Shown piece after piece: positions 39,245 through 47,207 of a stretch of 64,000 nucleotides of DNA (position 1 is its first letter; every line of letters starts with the position of its first letter). Position numbers and translations under genes: made by a program. Below the pieces are notes generated by a model that saw only the letters and a program-made list of their open reading frames with translations, made no database searches and was not told the origin of the DNA. The DNA is from Candidatus Saccharimonadales bacterium (GTDB lineage: Bacteria; Patescibacteriota; Saccharimonadia; Saccharimonadales; UBA4665): contig JANWHZ010000045.1 of the NCBI GenBank assembly GCA_025450135.1, forward strand, positions 2,634 to 66,633, in the 5' to 3' direction.

Positions 39245-39769
39245 TTACTTTTCTGCTTCTTCGTGACGGGCAGCAACTTCCGCCTGCTTAGCTTCAAGTT
39301 CTGCCCCTTCAGCGGCCTTTTCTTCAGCAGCTTCTTCTGCAGCCTGGGCAACTTCTTCCTTCAACTTTTCTTCTTCAGCTTCTGCTGCAGCATCATGGAC
39401 AGCATTTACTGATTGGCGATCAAAGTCCAGACCGATCATGCGGGCAGCTTTACCAGTACGGTTGCGCATATATGTCAGGTACTTACGACGCACCTTGCTC
39501 CGCTTCGTCACTTCGACTTTTAAGACGAGTGGGCTGTGAAGTAGGAAGCTCTTTTCTACACCGATACCGCTCGCGATGCGACGGACAATAATGCTGCTTG
39601 TTTGGCTTCCCTTTTTGCTCGTACGAATTACCAGACCTTGAAAAACCTGCACACGCTCTTTGCTACCTTCACGAATCCGCTGATGCACGCGCACCGTGTC
39701 GCCAGTCCGCACGTCTACAACGGCCGACTTCTTGAAAGAATCAGAAATAGTTTGTGTCACACTTTGCAT
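39245..39769 (-). CDS. rplS: 50S ribosomal protein L19 with Glu/Ala-rich C-terminal extension
   Basis: The L19 core (GDTVRVHQRIREGSKERVQVFQGLVI...SFLLHSPLV.KVEV) is followed by about 60 extra residues (AAEAEEEKLKEEVAQAAEEAAEEKAAEGAELEAKQAEVAARHEEAEK). Confidence 0.92.
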   Translation of the reverse strand: MQSVTQTISDSFKKSAVVDVRTGDTVRVHQRIREGSKERVQVFQGLVIRTSKKGSQTSSIIVRRIASGIGVEKSFLLHSPLVLKVEVTKRSKVRRKYLTYMRNRTGKAARMIGLDFDRQSVNAVHDAAAEAEEEKLKEEVAQAAEEAAEEKAAEGAELEAKQAEVAARHEEAEK

Positions 39770-39842
39770 ATCTCATACATCCTACAGCATTTCACCTCTG
39801 GAAGCAAGTGTACCCGTTCAGACCAATCAAGTCGTACGTAAC

Positions 39843-41120
39843 CTAAGGCCGCCTGACCTTAAAATGGATAAGCTCGCGCAGCTTGGCGGCGTCGGCTTCG
39901 ACTTTCTCTTTGTTTATATTGCTAAGGAACGCTACGGCTAGAGCATCGCCACCTTTATCAGCAAAAAGAGCACGATCCCCAGGATTAACATTCACTTTAA
40001 GGGAAATGACGCTTTCTAGTCGGCGGGCTGCTTCTACCCCCTCAACCACTTCGACCACACCTTCAGCTTCAGCAAAAATATCTTCGCTGCGAGCATGGCT
40101 TACTATTTTTATAGGCATTTCAGGTTCCAGATTAATACGGTTTATTAGATCATTGTAGTGGTGCTCTATACCGAACGCCTCATGGTACAGCTTCTCACGT
40201 CTTCCGCCGATACGCGCCCCTAGTTCGATAACCTTCCAACCATCTTTGGTATGAAATAACTCGATATGCACGGTAGTTGCACGAAGCCCTAGGGCACGAA
40301 CAGCTGACCGAGCAGCCTGGAAGCCTTTCTGCGTCTCGTCTTCCGACAGATCGACAGGCAGAATACAGGTATGACCATAGAAGCCCGGCTGACCTAGTGA
40401 AGCGGCAGTAATAACTTGCACCAGTGGCAAACAACGAATGATCCCGTCATATGAGACATAAACATCCGTTGAGTACATGTCACCTTGCATCATTTCCTCT
40501 ATAAGCAGTACCGGCTTAGCCGCACGCCGCCAGTGACTATATACTTTATCGATAATGCCAAACGTCTCGTTTAGGCACCTGGCAAGTTCATCTTTCGTGT
40601 TGCAGCGGGTCACAAGAAACGACGACCACAGGCTACCTGGTTTGACGATCACCGGAAAAGTAAGATCTTTTGTGACTTCTTCCCACCTCAAGAGGTCATC
40701 CTGTTGCACGAGCCGATATTCAGGGACAAGGTCTGGATCATACGATTTAAGTCGGTCACGCATGAGAGGCTTTTCACTTGACCAAAGCAACGATGATTCA
40801 GTCGGTGCGTAAACGTACGGCACAAATGGTATGAGCTGGCGAAGATGATATATAGAATCCTCATACCGAGTAGTAACAAGTAGAATTCGGTCCAAAAGAG
40901 GTAGCAGGGTTCTCTCCAGCTCGTCCGGATTATCGAAGTCTGCCACGACTTCTTCGAACAAACCGGTAGTATCGACAGGCCGGTCAGGATAGTCAAGAAA
41001 ACCGCGGTGCACAAGAACTATCCCTTTCAACGGCCGGCCAAGTTTTTTACTGAGTAAATGTGTCGCGTTGACGAGCCCTGGCTCTACTATGTCGACTGAC
41101 AAGACAATATCTTTTTCCAT
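39843..41120 (-). CDS. ATP-grasp domain protein (carboxylate-amine ligase-like), paralogue 1
   Basis: 425 aa. ATP-grasp blocks LTFPVIVKP, LIEEMMQGDMYSTDVY, HIELFHTKDGWKVIELGARIGG. About 100-aa N-terminal pre-domain. Confidence 0.8.
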   Translation of the reverse strand: MEKDIVLSVDIVEPGLVNATHLLSKKLGRPLKGIVLVHRGFLDYPDRPVDTTGLFEEVVADFDNPDELERTLLPLLDRILLVTTRYEDSIYHLRQLIPFVPYVYAPTESSLLWSSEKPLMRDRLKSYDPDLVPEYRLVQQDDLLRWEEVTKDLTFPVIVKPGSLWSSFLVTRCNTKDELARCLNETFGIIDKVYSHWRRAAKPVLLIEEMMQGDMYSTDVYVSYDGIIRCLPLVQVITAASLGQPGFYGHTCILPVDLSEDETQKGFQAARSAVRALGLRATTVHIELFHTKDGWKVIELGARIGGRREKLYHEAFGIEHHYNDLINRINLEPEMPIKIVSHARSEDIFAEAEGVVEVVEGVEAARRLESVISLKVNVNPGDRALFADKGGDALAVAFLSNINKEKVEADAAKLRELIHFKVRRP

Positions 41121-41142
41121 ATGCTGGTGTCTAGTTCATTCC

Positions 41143-42495
41143 CTATGCCGCTACTTGCAATGTTCGGCCTTGGTCGATACTCGCTGTTGGCTTTTGCTCG
41201 TGTGCTCGTATGTGGATCTTAATACCGGCCCGCGTCGCAGATACGTCTTTACGCAAAGCATCAACATCCAGACCACATAGCACACCTTGCACAGCAACTG
41301 AACCGCCTTCAGTAATTGGCAAAACGTGATCGCCTGGTTTCACAAACTCATTGATTGTATACGTTGCTGGGTTATGTCTCGCTTCAGTAATACCCTCGAT
41401 TGACACAATTTCACCTTCGACTTCCGGATAAACCTTAAATACCATACTATGCGTACGGCGACCAGCGCTTAACTGCGGCTCTAATCCGATTTTAAGTAAC
41501 AGCTCGTTGAGTGCGTGATCTACACCATATGATGCCTCGTAGACTTCCTGGCGAAGTGCGCCCGGACGTGCAGCAAGCTCAATTACTTTCCAACCGTCAG
41601 CGGTCTTATATAGCTCAATATGCGCCACGCTCGACCGCAAGCCGACGGCATGAATTGCCGCTTGGGCGACCTGCTTACCGGCCCGATCCTCTTCTTCAGT
41701 TAGCTCATGGTACGTCTCAGTCTGGTATATGTAAAAGCCAGGCAGGCCTACGTGATAGGCCGACTTGCTCCTTAGTAGGGGCAGCAACCAAACCTGACCC
41801 GACTGGCTGGCATAACCATCAATAGAATACAAATCACCTTCCATGAATTCCTCAACCAGTATTCCCGGTTTGCCATTACCCCGATTACGCTTATAGGTAT
41901 CTTCGAGGGCCGCGAAGCTATCGCGTAATGCTCGGCCAAGCTCTTGCTTTGTATGCACTTTGGTGACCAAAGTGGAGTCAGACAAGCCAGTCGGCTTTAC
42001 CATCATGGGGAATGTAAGGCTTTCTATGACCGTATCTATTTGTTTTTCGCTTGCATCAGCTACTGTAAGTAGCTTTGGAACAAGCCGAGGGTCATACGCA
42101 CCCATAATCTCGCGCATTTTGCCTTTGTGTGTCGCCCATTCTATGGAACGCTCGCTTGGGCCAAGTACATACGGCACATGAGGCAGTACCCGCTGAAAAT
42201 CCATTTGGCTGCTTTCACCGCCGCAGGTTACAACGAGTAATTCGTGCTCAAATCGTTTAACGGTAGCACGCAGTTCTGCATCATTGGAAAATTCGCATAT
42301 TACTTCTTCAAATTCACCTGAGGTATCTGGGAGATTCTGACCCGCCTCTTTGAGTCTCTTGTCGATGAGCATAATACCGCGGAGCGGCCGGCCGAGATAT
42401 TCAGCGAGCCTATGGACTGCACGGCCATACTCTTCATAGTAATCATTCACGAGCACGATAACATTCTTTGACGAGTCGTCAGCTAAGTTGTACAT
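41143..42495 (-). CDS. ATP-grasp domain protein (carboxylate-amine ligase-like), paralogue 2
   Basis: 450 aa. It can be aligned by eye with paralogue 1 (LGRPLRG, FEEV, LTFPMMVKP, LVEEFMEGDLYSIDGY, HIELYKTADGWKVIELAARPGA, GLEP). 22-nt gap to paralogue 1. Confidence 0.8.
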   Translation of the reverse strand: MYNLADDSSKNVIVLVNDYYEEYGRAVHRLAEYLGRPLRGIMLIDKRLKEAGQNLPDTSGEFEEVICEFSNDAELRATVKRFEHELLVVTCGGESSQMDFQRVLPHVPYVLGPSERSIEWATHKGKMREIMGAYDPRLVPKLLTVADASEKQIDTVIESLTFPMMVKPTGLSDSTLVTKVHTKQELGRALRDSFAALEDTYKRNRGNGKPGILVEEFMEGDLYSIDGYASQSGQVWLLPLLRSKSAYHVGLPGFYIYQTETYHELTEEEDRAGKQVAQAAIHAVGLRSSVAHIELYKTADGWKVIELAARPGALRQEVYEASYGVDHALNELLLKIGLEPQLSAGRRTHSMVFKVYPEVEGEIVSIEGITEARHNPATYTINEFVKPGDHVLPITEGGSVAVQGVLCGLDVDALRKDVSATRAGIKIHIRAHEQKPTASIDQGRTLQVAA

Positions 42496-42613
42496 GGATT
42501 TGCAAATGGACGGCCTTTCTTTCGCCCGAGTTTAGCCAATTCTTGAGTGGGCCAGAGCATATAGTCGAACCATACGGTTCGTTATAGGCCGACCCTTAGA
42601 TATCTCATGGGAT

Positions 42614-42645
42614 GAAAAAATAACCCGATACACCGATGTACCCGG
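42614..42645 (-). terminator. Terminator-like hairpin within the leader of the ATP-grasp operon
   Basis: Minus strand CCGGGUAC-aucggu-GUAUCGGG (8 positions with one G/G mismatch and one G-U) followed by UUAUUUUUUC. It ends about 118 nt upstream of the paralogue 2 ATG. Confidence 0.5.
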
Positions 42646-42762
42646 TTGAAGTGTTATCTACGGATCGAAGCCGCATCAATAAGTCTCTTTCGCCTACATT
42701 TGCCAACAATAAGTAACTAGCATAGGTGCTATAAATATCGCTGACCCACATGGATTCTTCCT

Positions 42763-42791
42763 ATTATACGTCAAGCTTACGCTTCTTGCAA
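42763..42791 (-). promoter_or_regulatory. Near-consensus sigma-70-type promoter of the ATP-grasp leader
   Basis: TTGCAA (42786-42791), 17 nt, TATAAT (42763-42768) on the minus strand. Confidence 0.55.
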
Positions 42792-42872
42792 GAGAGCCAT
42801 GGGCATTAACAAGGGTGGATAACCACTAGGTAGCCTAGCGCTGCAACTATAATCGACAGCTATTTAGCCTTA

Positions 42873-44492
42873 TCAACCGACGACGCGGGCAATTTCCTCT
42901 AGGGTCGTTTCACCGCGTAATACTTTTAACACCCCGTCCTGCTGCATAGTGAGCATGCCACCTCGTATTGCCGCTGCCTCAATCGACACGCTCGAAACAA
43001 CACCCGTTTTGCCGTCGAGTACATTCCGTAGCTCATCACTCATTGTTAGTTGCTCGCGGATCACGAGCTGTCCGCGGTAGCCATAAGGATTTTCTGTCGA
43101 CAAGCCAGGCTTATATAGCAGTATGTTGTCTAAGCCCGGACGATCTACTCCATCCGGCAGCGTATCAATAACAGACTGCAAATACGCCCGCGTAGCATCA
43201 TCCGGCTGATATGGCTGCTTCGTCGCATCATCAAGCCGTCGGGCGAGCCGTTGCGCCATAATTAACCGAATTGCTGATACAAACAGGGGGTTCTGACCAA
43301 TCACATCCCCAAGACGAGTAAGCGCTGCGGCGGCACTACCTGCATGGAACGTCGTGAGCACCAAATGGCCAGTTAATGCCGCCTGAAGCGCTGTGCGAGC
43401 TGTGTCGTTATCGCGAACTTCGCCGACCATGACAATATCCGGATCTAGACGTAGTACTGCACGCAGTTTATCTGCAAAACTGGCGTCGTTACCACCTTCG
43501 CTGCTTCTTACAGATATCTGCGTAATTCCGGGAAATTGATATTCAACCGGATCTTCGATTGTAATAATCTTCCGCTCATCGTTATTCAGTGAATTCATTA
43601 TGGAGTAGAGCGTCGTAGTCTTGCCGGAGCCTGTTGGGCCAACGACCATGACAAGCCCACTCGGTTTAGCAATAATCGCATCGACTACCTTGTGCTCACT
43701 CTCAGATAAACCCAGTCGATCGAGCTGATACATCTCTGCCTGCATATTGAACAGGCGCATTACAATGTCCATGCCATTGATCGTTGGAACCGTTTCAAGA
43801 CGCACATTGACATCAACCATTGTCCCATCGGCCATTTTTACCCTCTGAGCAATATGGCCTTGCTGTGCTTCATCAGCGGAGGTAGATACGTTGCCAGCAC
43901 TCGCAATTGCACCGACAAGTACGCGGTATTTATCTAGGGCAACACGTGCCACAGGGTGCAGTACGCCATCAATACGGAAGCGGATTCGAACATCGCCCTC
44001 CTGGGTCTCAATGTGAATGTCAGACGCTTTCAAGCGATATGCTTGGGAAACCAAGTAGGCAAGCATGTCATCGGCTCGAACTTGCGACAATGTTTCCGAG
44101 ACTTGTGCCACAAGATCGGATGTCCCAGCCGTATTCAAGGCAATGTCTTGATACACCACTTTCTTCGGTGGATCGTACCGCATCATATATTCTCGATACC
44201 CGGTTTCAGAAATGATGGCGAAATTAACAATTTGATTCAAAAACCGGCGCTTGACCTCTACCATCGAAGTCTGAGGAGTAGTAGTTAAGATACCGAACAA
44301 TATGTTGCTCTGGTCTGCCTGCAGAGGGACAAGCTTCAAGCGATAGAGGTCAGGCACGCTCAATAGATACTCAAACAGTTGTTTGTTCTGAACGAGCGAC
44401 GTGTCAACGTAGTTCATTCCTAGGATACGGGCGCGGCGCAGAGTTGCCTGCTCTTGCTCCTGTCGCCCACGAGCAGCAGCATCATCTTGCAT
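42873..44492 (-). CDS. pilB: PilB/GspE-family type IV pilus / type II secretion assembly ATPase
   Basis: T2SSE N-domain, Walker A GPTGSGKTT, Asp box, Walker B DPDIVMVGEVRD and His box LTGHLVLTTFH. Start placed at ATG 44492 (MQDDAAARG); the 37 upstream codons in the track are hydrophobic nonsense that overlaps the divergent gene. Confidence 0.88.
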   Translation of the reverse strand: MQDDAAARGRQEQEQATLRRARILGMNYVDTSLVQNKQLFEYLLSVPDLYRLKLVPLQADQSNILFGILTTTPQTSMVEVKRRFLNQIVNFAIISETGYREYMMRYDPPKKVVYQDIALNTAGTSDLVAQVSETLSQVRADDMLAYLVSQAYRLKASDIHIETQEGDVRIRFRIDGVLHPVARVALDKYRVLVGAIASAGNVSTSADEAQQGHIAQRVKMADGTMVDVNVRLETVPTINGMDIVMRLFNMQAEMYQLDRLGLSESEHKVVDAIIAKPSGLVMVVGPTGSGKTTTLYSIMNSLNNDERKIITIEDPVEYQFPGITQISVRSSEGGNDASFADKLRAVLRLDPDIVMVGEVRDNDTARTALQAALTGHLVLTTFHAGSAAAALTRLGDVIGQNPLFVSAIRLIMAQRLARRLDDATKQPYQPDDATRAYLQSVIDTLPDGVDRPGLDNILLYKPGLSTENPYGYRGQLVIREQLTMSDELRNVLDGKTGVVSSVSIEAAAIRGGMLTMQQDGVLKVLRGETTLEEIARVVG

Positions 44493-44541
44493 ATGGTTAT
44501 AGTATAAGACAATCCATGGCAACAAGGCTAGACACTCATGC

Positions 44542-44570
44542 TTGACGAAAAATATACTTACTACCAACAT
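44542..44570 (+). promoter_or_regulatory. Candidate promoter placed for a leaderless SpoU-methyltransferase mRNA
   Basis: TTGACG (44542-44547), 17 nt, CAACAT (44565-44570), 6 nt, then ATG 44577. The -10 is weak. Confidence 0.3.
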
Positions 44571-44576
44571 AGAGCC

Positions 44577-45077
44577 ATGCCCCATATAGCATTGGTTGCC
44601 CATAATATCCGCAGCTGTCTCAATGTTGGGTCGTTACTACGTACCGCCGATGGTTTGGGGATCTCACACGTCTACTTGACCGGGTACACACCATACCCAT
44701 TGGCTGATAATGACCAGCGCCTGCCGCATCTAGCCCGCCAGATCGCAAACCGCATTAACAAGAGCGCGCTCGGAGCAGAGCATATGGTGCCTTGGTCGCA
44801 CGAGGAAAATGTCGATCACGTAGTCAACCGGCTCCGCACAGAAGGCTATACTATTGCTGCTCTAGAGCAGACCGAACAATCAGTCCCGCTTAACCAGTTC
44901 AATACGGATCAGCCTATTGCGTTAATTGTCGGTCGAGAAGTGGAAGGCGTGGAGCCAGCCGTGCTCGCACTCTGCGATCAAATTATCGAGATACCGATGC
45001 ATGGGCAGAAGGAATCATTTAATGTCAGCATCGCTGCGGCGATCGCGTTATATCACCTTTCATCGAGATTGTCATAA
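44577..45077 (+). CDS. SpoU/TrmH-family RNA 2'-O-methyltransferase
   Basis: NVGSLLRTADGLG, LIVGREVEGV and IPMHGQKESFNVSIAAAIALY are SPOUT motifs 1-3. The start could also be ATG 44538. Confidence 0.8.
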   Translation: MPHIALVAHNIRSCLNVGSLLRTADGLGISHVYLTGYTPYPLADNDQRLPHLARQIANRINKSALGAEHMVPWSHEENVDHVVNRLRTEGYTIAALEQTEQSVPLNQFNTDQPIALIVGREVEGVEPAVLALCDQIIEIPMHGQKESFNVSIAAAIALYHLSSRLS

Positions 45078-45589
45078 AAATCGGCTAGGCTTAACCGAAT
45101 GGAATGGATTATCCGAGAGCTTAGGTACAGTTCGCTGCTTAGTCGCTCATGTTCGTTCACAAGGGGCTGCTCAGGGTGATATTGGAAATGCACCGAGGGA
45201 CAACGACCAATCCCAAATTCATGCTTGTAGTACGAGGTGACCGGTTCAGCTGTATCGCGATCAGAACACGATACTGACGATCCAAGTAGTTGATAGAAGC
45301 CGGGAAGCGCCTGCCAGTCATATTCATGCCATTGATAGACCTTCGCCCATGGCATACCGGCATTCGTATGCGTGATACGCAGCCACCACCTTATTAAATT
45401 TTGACGCCAACCAGTGGCCAAGAATATGCTGTTGCCTTCACTCACATCCGCTAAGTTGAGTACCGTTAATTGCTCTGATCGCTCTAACGCTTCGGCAGAC
45501 TGTTCAATCAGTGTCAAACTCTTCGTGGGGCGGTGGAAAGGTAGCTGGGAGCTCCTCCGGGGGCTCCCATACACTTGTAATTCGAGCAC
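45053..45589 (-). CDS. Hypothetical protein (Trp-rich, no recognised domain), downstream member of an overlapping pair
   Basis: The ORF overlaps the upstream ORF by 86 nt in another frame. An internal TTG near 45520 is possible. The 3' end overlaps the convergent methyltransferase gene by 25 nt. Confidence 0.45.
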   Translation of the reverse strand: MLELQVYGSPRRSSQLPFHRPTKSLTLIEQSAEALERSEQLTVLNLADVSEGNSIFLATGWRQNLIRWWLRITHTNAGMPWAKVYQWHEYDWQALPGFYQLLGSSVSCSDRDTAEPVTSYYKHEFGIGRCPSVHFQYHPEQPLVNEHERLSSELYLSSRIIHSIRLSLADFYDNLDER

Positions 45590-46022
45590 CTAAATAGGGA
45601 GCAAGTGCAGCACGCTCGCCACCACTGTCGCTTTCTTCACCATAATCGACAACAAGCCAATCGTCGCATACAATTTGCCCAACTAAGACATTGCTTTCCC
45701 GCGTACCCGCCAGTGTGCATATATGTGAGTCTACCGAGCAGCCCACCAAGCGTAAGGTCGTGTCGCCAACGGCAACCCAGGCATAGTGCGGGTTGCATAT
45801 TGTAGCATCGTAACGGCTCAGCCACACCTCAGGGGTGCCCGCTGCACTTGGGCGTTTGATTCTAGCGCGAAGCAATCCAGTCTCTTCATCACGTAAGTAC
45901 CCAATGTACAACACACCGTCTTCACCGTACGTGCTGAGGTCAGTTCCCCTAGCCCAGCCCGAGACAGGCAATATGTCTTCTGGCCTGCTTGGTCGCTCGT
46001 AACGTGGCCCAGACTTGCGCAT
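45504..46022 (-). CDS. Hypothetical protein (no recognised domain), upstream member of an overlapping pair
   Basis: 172-aa ORF (MRKSGPRYERPSRPEDILPVSGWARG...) with an acidic, Pro-rich C-terminus. Confidence 0.5.
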   Translation of the reverse strand: MRKSGPRYERPSRPEDILPVSGWARGTDLSTYGEDGVLYIGYLRDEETGLLRARIKRPSAAGTPEVWLSRYDATICNPHYAWVAVGDTTLRLVGCSVDSHICTLAGTRESNVLVGQIVCDDWLVVDYGEESDSGGERAALAPYLGARITSVWEPPEELPATFPPPHEEFDTD

Positions 46023-46083
46023 ATAGTCTAATGATAGCAGGGTGTCTGCCCTTGAATCCGTAAAATTTCCATCACAAGCACTA

Positions 46084-46092
46084 TGGTATACT
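46084..46092 (+). promoter_or_regulatory. Extended -10 promoter (TGgTATACT) of the CAP-domain gene
   Basis: TGGTATACT ends 24 nt upstream of ATG 46117. Confidence 0.4.
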
Positions 46093-46116
46093 TCAGATAG
46101 CTACTAAGACAAAAAC

Positions 46117-47073
46117 ATGACTTTGGCAAAATCCAAACCAAAACGTCCTAGCCTTGACCATCGTAAGCGGCACGGGAACCACCATCGGCATAGCCGTGAC
46201 TACGTGAAGACCTACTGGCCGTATTTGCCCATTATCACCATTCTGGTTGGCGGCCTAGTTATAGGAGATTGGCTCAGCGGAGTCAACAAGAATGTCCTGG
46301 GCTATGCGACCGACATGAGCGTTGCCAGCCTGCTTGACGACACAAACCAGCAGCGAACAAACAATGATCTAGCTAGCCTCAATCTCAACGATAAATTGGA
46401 CCAGGCCGCTCAAGCAAAAGCCGACGACATGGCAGCCCGAGATTACTGGTCGCACGATACACCAGATGGCCAAACACCGTGGACGTTTATTACTGCAGCA
46501 GGCTACAATTACCAGACTGCCGGCGAGAACTTGGCATATGGTTTTACCACGGCCGATGGCACAATCACCGGGTGGATGAATAGCCCGGAACACCGTGCCA
46601 ATATCTTAAATAGTTCCTATCACGACGTAGGTTTTGGTATCGCCAATATCGCAAATTATCAAAACAATGGTCCGGAAACGTTAATCGTGGCCATGTACGG
46701 CTCTCTGCCCGGCGCCTCACAGGCATCAAGACCACTATCTGAGACAGTGGCGCCGGTTATAGCGACATTGCGGCCCGCTGCGAGCGCACCGGCAAGTACG
46801 ACCACCGAGAAACAAAATACTGTCGAGCCAAGCACACAGCACATCACGCAGCTTGAACTTGTTTCTAGTAATACTCCATTTAGCACGTTAGCCCTAGCAT
46901 TACTTGGATTTAGCGCTTGCGCATTCATTGTCGTTCGCCATAGCTTGGCATGGCGCAAAATGCTTGTAAAAGGTGAGCGTTTCGTGCTCCATCACACGCT
47001 GCTCGACGTTATAGCTATAACTATCGTCTCCGCCGTACTTGCCGTGAGCCACACTGCTGGGCTTATTCGCTAG
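46117..47073 (+). CDS. Membrane-anchored CAP/SCP (YkwD-like) domain protein
   Basis: His/Arg-rich N-terminus and a TM segment. CAP block ...AQAKADDMAARDYWSHDTPDG...GENLAYG...GWMNSPEHRANIL...VGFG.... Two hydrophobic segments at the C-terminus. Confidence 0.8.
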   Translation: MTLAKSKPKRPSLDHRKRHGNHHRHSRDYVKTYWPYLPIITILVGGLVIGDWLSGVNKNVLGYATDMSVASLLDDTNQQRTNNDLASLNLNDKLDQAAQAKADDMAARDYWSHDTPDGQTPWTFITAAGYNYQTAGENLAYGFTTADGTITGWMNSPEHRANILNSSYHDVGFGIANIANYQNNGPETLIVAMYGSLPGASQASRPLSETVAPVIATLRPAASAPASTTTEKQNTVEPSTQHITQLELVSSNTPFSTLALALLGFSACAFIVVRHSLAWRKMLVKGERFVLHHTLLDVIAITIVSAVLAVSHTAGLIR

Positions 47074-47207
47074 ACCACAAGTGCTCAATTGGCAGCTCCG
47101 CGCAAATGCAAGTTGAGCCAACCAGTCTCCTACTAGATCCCTTCAGCCCATCCGGCAGTCTAGATGTAGAAACGCTACTAAGAAGATTGCAGCAAGATGA
47201 GTAATAG

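Noticed and set aside
39245-42495. RimK-like poly-Glu tailing of L19 by the adjacent ATP-grasp enzymes
   Set aside because: The Glu/Ala-rich tail is genomically encoded. The enzymes are much larger than RimK and carry a different N-terminal domain. Adjacency alone is insufficient. It is mentioned only as a low-probability idea.
42605-42751. 48-codon ORF upstream of the ATP-grasp genes as a RiPP (graspetide-type) precursor
   Set aside because: The terminator hairpin and U tract lie inside its 3' end. The peptide is poor in Asp, Glu and Lys residues and shows no repeated core motif. The ATP-grasp enzymes are larger than typical graspetide ligases. It is kept only as an alternative in the leader finding.
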